A stretch of 64,000 nt of DNA. Origin: Styela clava. Lineage: Eukaryota. The position numbers were made by a program, and so were the translations under genes. The stretch is from contig NC_135250.1 of assembly GCF_964204865.1 (NCBI RefSeq), positions 26,412,001 to 26,476,000 on the forward strand, given 5' to 3'. The notes beneath the pieces were generated by a model, which saw only the letters and a program-made list of their open reading frames with translations, was not told the DNA's origin and did no database searches. Position 1 is the stretch's first letter. Each line of letters opens with the position of its first letter. Positions 36,528 to 48,810 of this stretch are shown piece by piece.

Positions 36528-39500
36528 GAAATATATTTGTGTTAGTGTGCAGCAGGACTCTTGAATTGTAATAGTTTAGCTTGGAAAATAGGTTAATTAA
36601 AGAATTCGTTAGGATTGCAAAAAAATTAGTTTGGGAACGAGACTTATTGTTTTCAACTCTTGCTTTTGTAACACTTTAAATACTCTCCATAAAATGTAAC
36701 TTTGACTCGCCAGTTTGAGTGGACAAATTTTCTGGCACTTGGTCTAAAAACCTTGCCCACCTCTGAGCGAGTAGGCTGGGCAGTATTAAATTATCATTCG
36801 CGACGGGTTAATTGAAGATCTCAATTTCGAGCACCGTCATTTTCATAATATCCCTTGAAAATGTTAAGCAAAACAAAACTCAATCTTTTTTAATGCTCAT
36901 TAATAATGAGTATAAAATTAGTTGGGGCTGGACAAATAAACACCATTGGATATCACACTTTAGAGTAAATATCAACAATACTTGTTTTTAGTTAGTTGCT
37001 TTTGAGATTCATATTATAACTTGTTGAACACAATTTGTTGTGCTTTTTCTCAGTTCCATGGAAAACAAAATGCGTAGACCAGTATGAGCTGACTTTTTTC
37101 AATGACACCAAAAAAGATTACAAAGAAGCAAAAGCGGTTTGTGAATCAATGGGAGGATTCCTGGCAAAAGTTGATAATCAACGAATGACTGACGAAATTA
37201 ATGCAACTTTCAAGTGAGTAGATCTCTATGTGGTATTTGAATATAAAAGAGTCAAAAGTCAAAAAATAATGAAGATGATTGATTTATTAAACGTCTGTAA
37301 TCTTTTGTAAACCTTCATAAGTGAATAATTGTCATACAATCATTTTAAATGTCCCAATTTTCAATAGAATTTGCATTTAAGAATCCACAATACCGAGCAA
37401 TTATTCAATAACTATTTTTTTCTAGAATGCGCGCAGACAGATACAAATAGAATCATAATCAATCCAAATTGTTTCAAAAATCCTGAAAAATTAAAAAATC
37501 CTGATACTGATGTGATAATGAGAGGAGAAGCGGGATATCAAAACTGGTTAGTGATTAATCGTTTTGTGCAAGCTTGAAAATTTATTTTTATTTTTACTCT
37601 ATCTTCTACATGATTGAAATCCTATGAAACAAGTTAATTTATTACAAATTTAGTTATTTTAGTTGATGATATCATACATTTTATGCGTTAACGCGCAGCT
37701 AATTAAATTTAGCAATGAGTGAATTATTATAGCTCCAAATAATCTATATCTATTGTCAAAATGAAATACTTAATTTTATTTTATTACTGCATGCGCAATT
37801 GTACGTTTTTAGTTCCGAATTTGATCTTTAAAAAGTGAGGACCAAAACAAATCTCTTAAATTTTAATTGGCCTAAAAATTCTAGTTAATATTGTTCTAAA
37901 TATCTGTAGGAATTAGCAAAAAATAAATTACGAAGCAACTACAAACGAATATTTAGGAATTTACAAATATATAGAAAAGGTTTCTACGTCATATTCCATC
38001 TTTCGCAATAATTACAAACATTCACACTCCTTAAAAACAATTGAATTAAAGCGAAAAAAAACTTTAATTGGTTGATATTTAGTATCTTAAAATTAAGAAG
38101 CAATATCATATTATATTATATAAATGCAATATAATCTAACAATTATAAAATATGTGAACGAAACTGATCTTTTATTGATGCGAGGTAAAAACCAACACAC
38201 ATTATCTAAATTAAGCTTATTCCGTTGCAGGAAATCTAACCAACCAAACAGTTATGGTGGTGAAGAAGATAGTATGTTGGTAGGAAGACATACATACCAA
38301 TGGATGGACTCAAGTTGTAACGAGGAAATTTACTACATTTGCCAGAAAAGTAAGATGATCATCCAAACAGTGTTTAGAATTAAATTTTTGAATGAAACAC
38401 TCATGGGAGTATATGATCTCTTTTCCTAGTTTTGGTCCTTACTGCATGAATCAATCTATAATAATTACTTGCAATACGGACGGTTCGATAAACTGAACAA
38501 AACTGTATCGCAGAATCTTACGATTCCGTTGAATGGTTAAAGGAGAAACAAGAGTATTGATAACTAGTAACATTAGTGTGTATCAATTAACAGTGTCAGC
38601 ATCGTTGTATTTGAACAACTCTTACAGAACAGATTCTTGAAATTACAGTTGCAATTATGAAGTGAATTTTAATTGCAAAGTTGGAAAAATATTCGAATTT
38701 CGGTGATATTAGTTTGACTAAGACGAGAAGAGTAAAATTTGAAAAAGGGGCGGTGACCTTGGTTATTTGTAGTTAAATACAAAACTGAATGGATTTTTAA
38801 TAATGAATATCCACACCAAAGTTGTATGAATGACTTATTGTAACTGAATGTTAATATTGTCTATGTTGTAACTTTTACTTCATACTTACAAGGCCCGCTA
38901 GTCTGAATGGGCAAATTTTTTGGCCCCCGCTACAAAAACCTTGCCTATCTCTGATCTAGACCCATGCTAGAAATTATTCAAATAATGATATAGATAATGG
39001 AATCTAATTAATTGTTTCTCAGATTAAGGTTTTATTTAATATCGATAACTAAAATTGTAATTTTTTATTTCTTGTCTTCTACTAACAGAAAAAATTCAGT
39101 ATTTTACTAGCAATTTATCAATATTATTAGCCTGTTAAAGTTGAGGTTGATATTACTGAATAATTTGTAGCTACTGCTAATAATGTTAAATGTGAATAAC
39201 GTTAGAAACCTTATTCAATAATCTATTATACTACACTTCATGCACACGTAAAATCATGGATGCATTGTTTAATAATATTTTTTTTTTATTAATTTCAATT
39301 GTGGCAACTGTACTTTTTATGGTACCCTGAAAAATAATAATAAAGTGATATGGGATATTTAAACCCTATAATTACTTATTTACTATTAATTAGTGATGTG
39401 TAGGTAGTATTTGAATAAACCTATATTTTACGGTAGTGTCTTTTTATAAGGTAAAACATGTTTTTATTAGGAACTGTAACTAATCTCAACTGTCATTGAA

Positions 39501-39700
39501 TCATCGTATTTGATGAAACAAATTGTCAACGTAACAAACATCATTAATTGCGTCAATGTATGAACCAGAACCAAATCACGAGTTCTGGGCTTCGGTACAA
39601 AAATTGTATCGCAATAGTCCACCCATGAAAACTAATTGGTTCTTGCATTGGTAATTTAAAAAAGTAAGAGGAATATTGACTACCAGTTGCTAGGTAATTG

Positions 39701-39936
39701 GGCGTTCCAGTTGAATGCGAATCAAGATGGCGGACACCGGAACGTAGCATGTCTACCAGTTTAGGGTTGGGACATAATTTTATTCCAATTCTCCTTCATT
39801 TAGTTATAATACGATAAAGGTCTCTAGCAAACTGAATCCCGTATTATTTGTACCTGAAATTACGGCCCAACCCTAACCTGGTACACATACCACGTTCCGG
39901 TGACCGCCATCTTGGTTTGCATACTGCACGAGTGCT
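39701..39936. mobile_element. MITE, same family
   Basis: CAAGATGGCGGACACCGGAACGTAG and the inverted CCGCCATCTTG arm, with TTAGGGTT / AACCCTAACC. Confidence 0.75.
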
Positions 39937-41659
39937 GTACTTCCAGCTGAAATCTTTCATAACAAAGCTATTTTTACAATATAAACTGCAGCATTTACAA
40001 AAAGCAACAGATTCACTTAAATGAAAATTTTGCAGTGAAGAACTAACTGGAAATATTAGTAAAATCCTTTAGTATAGAAGCGTGATATACTTTGATTGCG
40101 TTCTCAACTTTTTATTTCACGTATATTTCAGAAAAAACATCGTTCAACTTTGACACTTTGAGTTTTGTGATCGGTTTCATTAGTCCTCTCCTGTTTCTTC
40201 TCATTTCAATAATGTGTATCATCCGACTGAAACAAAAGTTAAACAAATCGAAAGAGTAAGTTTGCACATTTAGGTAATCATTAATTTTGAGAGGTAAATT
40301 TAATTACGCAACATAGTAGCATAATACTTATTATTCATATCAAATCAAATTATATGAATAATGTAATTGTCAATGCAAATTGCTTTTAAGACTAGAACGA
40401 TTGCGTTTTTTATGTTGTTGTAGTAATTACACAGAAACTGTGTTATTCTCATTCCTAGATCTCCAATTGCAACGGACCATAACTACGAAACCATATCCAA
40501 TAAAGGTATGGAACATGCTGAAAATTTATCGACATTTTTTAAAAGATATGATATTTTATGCATTGATTTTTTTTAAATATTACCAATATATTAACACTAA
40601 ACTGTATTGATAAACTAATTATTTTGTTTAATTAAATTGATAGAATATAATACACGAACAAAATAATGATGTTGTACTCAAAAATGTAATGTGTTTTTAC
40701 CTCATCCTAATATTGGTTATATTATATTTTGACAGCACCAAATCCAAACCACCACTCTCAAATCTCGGGTTCAAATATTCTTCAAGAAACAGCTGGCTAC
40801 GAGCAACCACTTCCTTTAACAAGGATTCAAATCAATGTGGAATCAGCCTACGAACCGTACAATGCTTGAATTTGATATGAAGTTAATATACTGATTGTGC
40901 AAGAATTAATTAAAGTTTTGTCAATACCTATGTTCAACAACAACTCATTTTGATTTGAATAGATTTTCAGTTAAATTAGGGTTTAATTTCATTTTTTTAT
41001 GTAAATGTTTACTTATATATTATTTTAAACTTGCAATGAAATTTTATCAAAAAATCCATAATTTCCAAAATTGTTTCTTTCTTTTCAAAAAACAAATTTT
41101 TTGAAACACATCAAGTAAAGTAAAATAATTAATAACACGATAAAGAAAATAAATTACAATTTACATTTTTGATCAGCAAAAAAAATTTCCGATTCTAAAA
41201 ATGGGTGCACGCGTATTATCCGTATCAGGGCATTTTCCCATACAATCCTTAGGATAAAAACTAAAAAATATATGAATCTTAGAATATAGCAGTTAGGTCT
41301 CACGAAACAAATGAAAACACAAATTTAAATAAATTCATTTTGGTATATTATTTTCAAACATATTTATATATATGTGAATATTATTTTGAAAAAATCTCGA
41401 AATGCCTCTTCAAAGTACAGAAGGACCAACTTGAAATCTGTAAGCGTCAGCTGAATATTTTCGTCTTTTGGTTTGATTTTAACTGTAAATCTTTGTATTA
41501 GTTTGTTTATCATGAATACTTTATTACATAAAGTTGAGTTTTGTTATTATATTATGGTAATGTTATTATGGTTGCCTTAGTTGGGATTTAAAAGTGCTTG
41601 TCATTTCAACGAATGAGATCAATTGTTTTTATATGGTTATGCAGGTAAAAGATTTATGA

Positions 41660-41886
41660 TAACCCTGAAGTATGTGAACCAAGTTGGCAGACACCGGAAT
41701 GTAGTATATGTACCAGGTTTAGCCAAAATTTCAGGTACAAATACTACGAGAATCACTTGGCTATTCCCCGAACTCGTAGAAGAACTAAAATAAGAAGAAT
41801 TGGAATAAAAATATGGCCTACCCAACGCTGGTACATATACCACGTTCCAGTGTCTGCCATCTTGATTAACATACTTTTGGAGCGCT
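41660..41886. mobile_element. MITE, same family
   Basis: GAAGTATGTGAACCAAG left arm and GCCATCTTG..CATACTTTTGGAGCGC right arm. Confidence 0.7.
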
Positions 41887-44742
41887 GGTTTAGTATTGAG
41901 CTAAAGTTCAAGAAAATATTGGCTTGGTTCGTCATGCATTATTATTTCATAACATTTGTGTAGGAAGTTCAATACGAGTTATGACATGACTATTTGTACT
42001 AAAATAATCGTTCAGGTTTGGGCTATTGGTTAGATGCCGTTAGTGACAATTTTCATTGACGTAATTGAAGTACTCAGTAGGTATATCCGTTCATAATCAA
42101 ATGTAATACGAGACGAAAAGTTATTTCAATAGATTACCTTATACCAGGGATGGCGAACCTTTTTCAATGAATGGGTCAAAAATTATATTTTTATCGCGGA
42201 GCAGAAGAGAGTGGGTCACAGATATTTAATTAAAGTTTGTATCTATAAGAAACTTCTGAAACAAATCTTATAAGCTTGTGTTGGTGTTGGTGTAGTTTTG
42301 GGCTTCACTTATGCAGCACTTCTAGCAGGGACTTCTTATGGCACTCGATTTTATGAAATTAGAGTACGAAAAAACGCATATAAATTACCAAAAACGTTTA
42401 GAATGATAAAGAAAAATATTTTACGGTTCCAAAAAGTTTGGAGGGAATTCCACTGTGATAGTGTTATATTTTTCGATCAGATACTTCCCCATTGTTATTT
42501 CAGGTTTTTATTTCGAGTCTGAATGATTTTTTTTTCAACGGTATTGCAGGAGAGGAAACGTAGTAGCATCTAGTTCTCGTATAACCCCTAAACCAGTCTG
42601 CAGATGCGCTTCCGAAAAAGACAAAATGTTGCGAGAAATTAAAAAACCAATTGCATTTTATGACATAAACGATATCAGAGCCAATAGCTGAAAAACGGCG
42701 GTGCAGACATGCGTCAAAGATTAGGAGTTTTGAAAATTACCAAACCGACCCAGAAATTAGTAATTTGAATATGAGCGATCGCAGCCCTGACTGCCCACCT
42801 GACGGTACATTATAATAGTTTAGTTATTGTTAAATTAATTTAAGGTCGGTTTCATCAATTTTGAGTACTGATATGATAGCATTTTTTTTTTTTTTTTTGC
42901 GTTGGCGGGTTACGAATAAAACTCGGAGCATTAACAGTACGTAAAGTGGTGGCTTATTTTGATGACATCATAGCTCACAAAAAAAGAATCCCATGAGGCT
43001 CACAGAAATATTTGAAATTAATAAAAGTAATAGCCTTCTAGAAAAAATTCCATCTTTAACCACTGAAAATTTCAAAGCAATTGGTCCTGTAATCAAAGAG
43101 AAAATCACTTTTTAATAACGATGAAATTCTGTGTCAAAGAACAAGAACAACAACAACATAATAATAAAACAATCCATAGGTCCACTCACGTGTCCATTAA
43201 CAGAAACTCATTTTGAAAAGCTAAAGATTATATGTTTAATATAACAAACCATTTAAAATAAAAACACATATTTAATTTTTGAATGACATAGTCAGATAGG
43301 TGTTGGGAATGACATATGAAAAAATTATTGTGCGAATCCCAGCAGAACGATTTGCGGTAATATACTATACCAAATCCCAAATTATGTAGCGATTGGTGGG
43401 TTTGCGATTAATGTTGGTACCTTTTCGTTGCAATAGCATTTGCATAAAAATACTGATCAAATTGCTCACAAAAATTTCCATCATATTTTTCGCCATTTAT
43501 CTTTGAGTAAAGCTGAATATTTTACGCGGTGCCAAGTTTTTACAATAAACAGTGTCTCACCAACGTTATATCCCTGTAATGTTACGATTGTCCCACGTGT
43601 GTCCGTGACATATTCGTCGTAAAATGCCTAGTAAATTCGTACAACAGAATTGATCATCATGAAAAAATAAACACATTCGAGGAATGGGATTAATTATACG
43701 ATGGTACATAAATTCTAAGTGCATGCGGCTATTTGTACCATATGCTGACCAGGGCAAAATAACATTTTGAGTACATTGAGAATTCAGAATTCTAGGTTAA
43801 TTAACGCGTTTCATATTTCAACACTCAAATACGTAATAACGATCAACAAACGATATAAATATCAACTATCCAAATATTTTGATGCACCCACCGGATTTCG
43901 AGATGATACACGAATTCACATTTTATGCGACAAATAATCTCGATTACGTATTGGTTTGTGCATGTGAGCGTTTGAGGATTGCAAAATTAGTAATTATAAA
44001 GATTGTTAGTCTATTTCATTGAATCAGGTTAGAATTAGGGACTTTCAATACAAACAAAATAGCGCGAAGTTTTGTTGATTTGAAATTCCCGTAGGAAAAG
44101 ATTGCGAACATATGTTATTTTTGTTCCTTATATATATCAAATATGAAAATATAGAATATTATCCTGTGATTAAACTTGTATAATAATATACGCTTATGGT
44201 TAGGTTGTTGAGAATGACTAAATCTGTGAAACAATCGAGGATTGTAAGTAGAACATTACAACAAATCTAGTTTTGTATGATATGTATAATAACATAATAA
44301 TGAAGATAAAAAGAAATAAGTCTTAGATCACGACTGGTCATATGATAACTACTACCATTGTGATATTTAAAACTAACACAATTTATATTTCCGATGTATC
44401 AGAAATAAAGCATCTATTGTAAATATGTTCTTTATAGCAAATTTAAGAGTTTATACCATAAAAGATTTTGAGCTGCTTCAACTGCTTAGCTATTCGTGTA
44501 TCGTTGGAAAGACACTCTTCGACTGAGGTTCAGCAAATCTAACACATTAAGATTAAAAATTGCTTTGTAATAACATTGTTTCTACATTTCATCTTCAAAT
44601 GCATTTCCCAGTGTAATAACGCAATTAATACATATTTTTGAGCTTGTTTCCTTTTTTTACTAATCATATCGTCTAGTTGTTGAAGTTTACAGATTTAACA
44701 ATAACTTATTTTTCAAGATTTTTAGAGTTTACAACTTGACAG

Positions 44743-46344
44743 AACCATTTCAAGAAATGCGTCGGTGAGTTCGAACTTTTATTTTTCACCGATACCAAAA
44801 GAACTTGCAAAGAGGCAAAGATGTCTGCGAAAATCTCTGAGGATACTTGGCAAAAGTCGATAATCAAAAAATGGCCGATGTCATTAACACAACAATTGAG
44901 TGAGTTGATTACGATTTACTTGAATTTAATTCAATTAATATTTGTTACCCAACTTTTCTTGAAGCGAAGCCCTGTATCCTGAAGTGAATGTGAAATATAC
45001 TTGAGAAAACAGTCGCAAGTAACCTCTGGTTAGTGATATTAATAAAACTCTAGAAATTGAATAACAATATTTCTGGGTGATAGTCCCAGTCCCATGCTCA
45101 TCAGTTTAAATAAATTTGACTAGGAAGTATATTCATTCCTACATACCGACATGCGTATTGTATATTATTGAACACACAATGAACCTTTGGGCCGTTTTGT
45201 TATATGGTGGTTGTTGTTGTTGTTGTTGGTTTTCTACTTGTTGTTTTTATAGTTGATATGGAAATTTCGCTTTGGTTATTAGGTACTGGACCAATTAATC
45301 TAAAAATGTCAGTGATTAAAGATTGTTATTGTTGCTGGAAGGCAATTACTTTTATATATTTGTTTAATTTCTGACTTATTTTGTGATTTATTCATCAAAA
45401 TTAAACATTGCGCACAGTTTGGTTAATTTGCAATTGCATTACATCAATCTGGTGGTCTGTGAATTGGGGAATATTTTGATACCGATACGGTGAAAGATTG
45501 TATACCAAGCGTTGTTCTTTTGTTTTACGTCATCTAATGTGAACTCGGGGTTTTATCAGGTAGGCTCAGCAGTCAAAAAGGAATTAACCTTGTTTTTTTC
45601 TTACTACAATCGACCCTTTTTCAGACCGATTCATTGCCGGGCTCCAGTTCCGTTTCGGTTATTGTCCATACGTACGAAATGTTAACATTTGGGAATAATT
45701 TTTAATTTCATTCCTGAATGAATTTTGTAATAGAACCAAAGGTCTTACTTAATCTGAATAACTTATATTTTAGAATCAATTTTGAAAGAAATTCCAACTA
45801 CATCGGAGGGAACGATATTGCCAAAGAAAAGGGTTTGGAAATGGCAGGACGGTACCGAAGTGACAATGATTGGAGAAGAAGGATATCAAAACTGGTTCTT
45901 CTTTCAAGGTTTATTTATTTGATGATATATTTCTATTAATATTCACATTTTTTTGTGTACCACCGTAGTATGTGCACCAAGATGGCGGGCACTGTCACCG
46001 CCCTAAATAAAAAGAAATCACAAGACCCAAAAAAGTTAACATGTTTCTGTTTGCTATAATGTTGTGCTTTTTTCTCATACGCACCGAAAGACTTGGCATA
46101 CTTCAAACAGTTTTCTCATAAATTTTTTGGAAGTTCAGTAAGTAGTTTGTGCGTTTGGAACAAGATATGTTAAACCTGCGACATGGTATATATATAATAT
46201 ATTTCAACTAGTTTCTATTTTCTTCAAGAAAATTCAATCAACCAAAGGACAGAGGCGACGAAGACTGTTTACTGGTTTGAAGAGAATCATATCAATGGGT
46301 TGAAAGCAGTTGTGACGAAAAGTTGAAATACATATTCCAGATGG
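44743..46344 (+). pseudogene. C-type lectin domain pseudogene (copy 5), three exons
   Basis: Exon relics 44743-44899, 45774-45894, ~46229-46344 are homologous to the CTL exons (KCVGEFELLFF..GYLAKVDNQK; YIGGNDIAKE..WQDGT..GYQNW; QPK..EDCLLV*..WVESSC). They carry frameshifts and in-frame TGA stops. Confidence 0.8.
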
Positions 46345-48810
46345 GTAAGTTGAATATATAACTATACCTCACCTATAATGAGATCAAATTACGTTCGATT
46401 GACGTTTTAATTATTGATATATTCTCATATATTTGCATAAGAATGTATATTTTAATTTGAACTAAATTTAATGAGTTTTTAGGATTTTTATCAATAAATA
46501 CAAATTATTATAAAAAGACGAAAGCTTTTAAAACTCTACGTTTTAATATTACAGCAAATCAAATAACCTCTGCAACTCAAGCTTACTAAAATTATGAAAG
46601 CCTCATGTCGAAGCATTTAGATTTCCTCACAAGTATTTTTAATTTTAACTAAACTTTACAAGATTTTAAATAACATTGCTGGTAGCATATATTGTATTGT
46701 ATTTTGAGCAGGATTGATGTAACCACCCTATCTGAAGAGACGAATAAAGAAATTTGAATTAACCCATTGCCTGAGAAGGAACAATCAACTGCAATTCATG
46801 ACTTGGCACTGTGCTGAATATAAAGTAAAAGTGAGGAATTCATATACTTGACCTCAAACAACCAATTGTTTTGATCAAATGCTTTTAATTTGCAAGGAAA
46901 AAAACTAGACTTAAAATGAAAATAGTTGACATGCATGCTGCCTATGCAAAAATGTTGATTTATTTTTATTAAATCATCACATTTTAATCAAATCAAAGTT
47001 TTGAATATTGATGCCAGTTGGAAAATCTTACAAACTTTAAAATCATTTTAAGTTTGAATTAGATAAAAATTAAACCTAAAAATCATATTAAATACATCGA
47101 TTATTTAGATAACAGCATGTTGGACTGAGTCTGAATGTAAATCTAATTCATCTGTCAGCAAAAAGTAGGTCCTGCAAGTAAAAACAATAATTCAACCGCT
47201 GATTAACAATCAAACTTTGTCACAAATTAACAATCAAACTTTGTCTCAAGAGGATCCATAAAGATCAAGTATAATGTAGCCCTCAAGATGAATCAATCAT
47301 GTGATCTGAAATATATTTTATAATAATATTTTATAATTTGCTGCATTTTATATTTGCGTCCGAAACAAATGTCTTACCTATGTCTGGTATATTTTCATAA
47401 TTGTGATCGATGGTTTACCTATGAAACAACCTAATATAAATTATACTCAGTTATTTCAAGAAATTGTGCTGAAAAAATAGGTTTCTATTTCATCCGTGTA
47501 TATGTATTTCTTTATTTGTATCCAAATTTGTTTCCCTTTCATCCTTGATTTTACAGAAATTTTTGTTAGTTTTATTTTTGCCTTCAGGTTCTGACAACTA
47601 TATTTATTTAGATATAAATAAATAACCAATATGAGTATTTATATTGGAAAAAATGAAATTATTTCCGCATCGGTTCGATTTAGATAAGGGCATTGTTTTT
47701 AGAGAACTATCATATTGTTCTATATCTCTAAAAACTAACAAATACACATTACATATACATATAGACCTACATTACATATAAAATTACTTTTCGTCAAAAG
47801 TATTTCGACAATAATTCTCTCTTTTGCATTCAAATCTAAAACTTAAAATAGTTTCTTGAAAAAAGTAATGGCTAAACTAGATTTTTCATCATTCTACATA
47901 TTCCAAACAAGTTAGATTGGTGCAGAATGTCTTTAATCAAATGAATAGGGAAATTATTTGATTCCAATTGCTCGTTTAGTACGTCACCTCTAAGCTCGAA
48001 TATAACTATCAGGAAATTATTCCAGCCAATGATTTCCGCCAATTTTCAAAAGTAAATTAATAAATTCATTCAATAAATATAAGACCGAAAGTACTTCATC
48101 GACCATGTAATAGATATAACTTTACCAATGACCTAAAATTTTGCATTTTTGTAAATGAATTTGACCAAAAATCACATCCACCCTAAGTGGACAGTATATG
48201 ATCAAAATATCTTTGGCCCAAAATCAGTAAAACTTGTTTTACACTGCACTAGAAATAACTAAGAAAAACACAAGAATTATTATGGGAAGTTTGATGAATT
48301 GTTCTTGATGTTGTTGATATTGTTAAATCATTTCAAGCAGTCAGTAGTTAAAACAAGGTATTTCGTTGAAAAATATTAAAAAAATTAAAAGATTTTTTTT
48401 TATTTTTGGGGCTTCCGTGTTTAAACTTGTTCCCCCAAATTGACGACGACTCGTCTATTTGTTGCTGCAAAATTTGGCCATTTGTCGACTAACTGTTGTC
48501 ATTATGTTATGTTTAGATCGCGCATATATTTCAGTACAGTTTGTTACTTCATGTTCAAATAAATATTTATTCCTCAGAAACCAATCGGCATATTGATCAA
48601 TTATATTAAATGATTAACAATATATATTATGATGACGTGCTTTGTTACGTCCAAAATAGGTTAAAATTCCGCTTATATAGTTGACTCCATCTTCCTTATC
48701 ACGGCTAGTCCGGTAATAAAATTAAAATTATTTTTACGATACAAATAGACGATCAGGCTTTTAATGCAAAGTTAAAAATTGGCTGTGAGTTCTTGTGTGA
48801 TAATACTCAA

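Larger units (their letters stand above)
35820..40869 (+). pseudogene. Short-type receptor (copy 4): SP - CTL - degenerate Ig - TM - Tyr tail; disrupted
   Basis: Exons 35820-35880, 37054-37213, 37426-37546 (121 nt, in-frame TAG 37448-37450, FIGG..WKW core replaced by filler), 38231-38349 (QPN, EDC>EDS), degenerate Ig ~38430-38702 (IITCN..VEWLK..SLYLNN..DS*NYSC), TM 40132-40255, 40459-40505, 40736-40869. Tail NYETI..GYEQP..SAYEPY. No FN3 exons were found between the Ig relic and the TM exon. Confidence 0.75.

Noticed and set aside
44455-44530. Signal-peptide exon for copy 5
   Set aside because: No ATG and no recognisable similarity to the 61-nt first exons of the other copies.
45065-45106. 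Another hammerhead on the minus strand (CTGATGA..GAAATATT)
   Set aside because: Stem II lacks the closing G-C pair and there is no convincing stem I.
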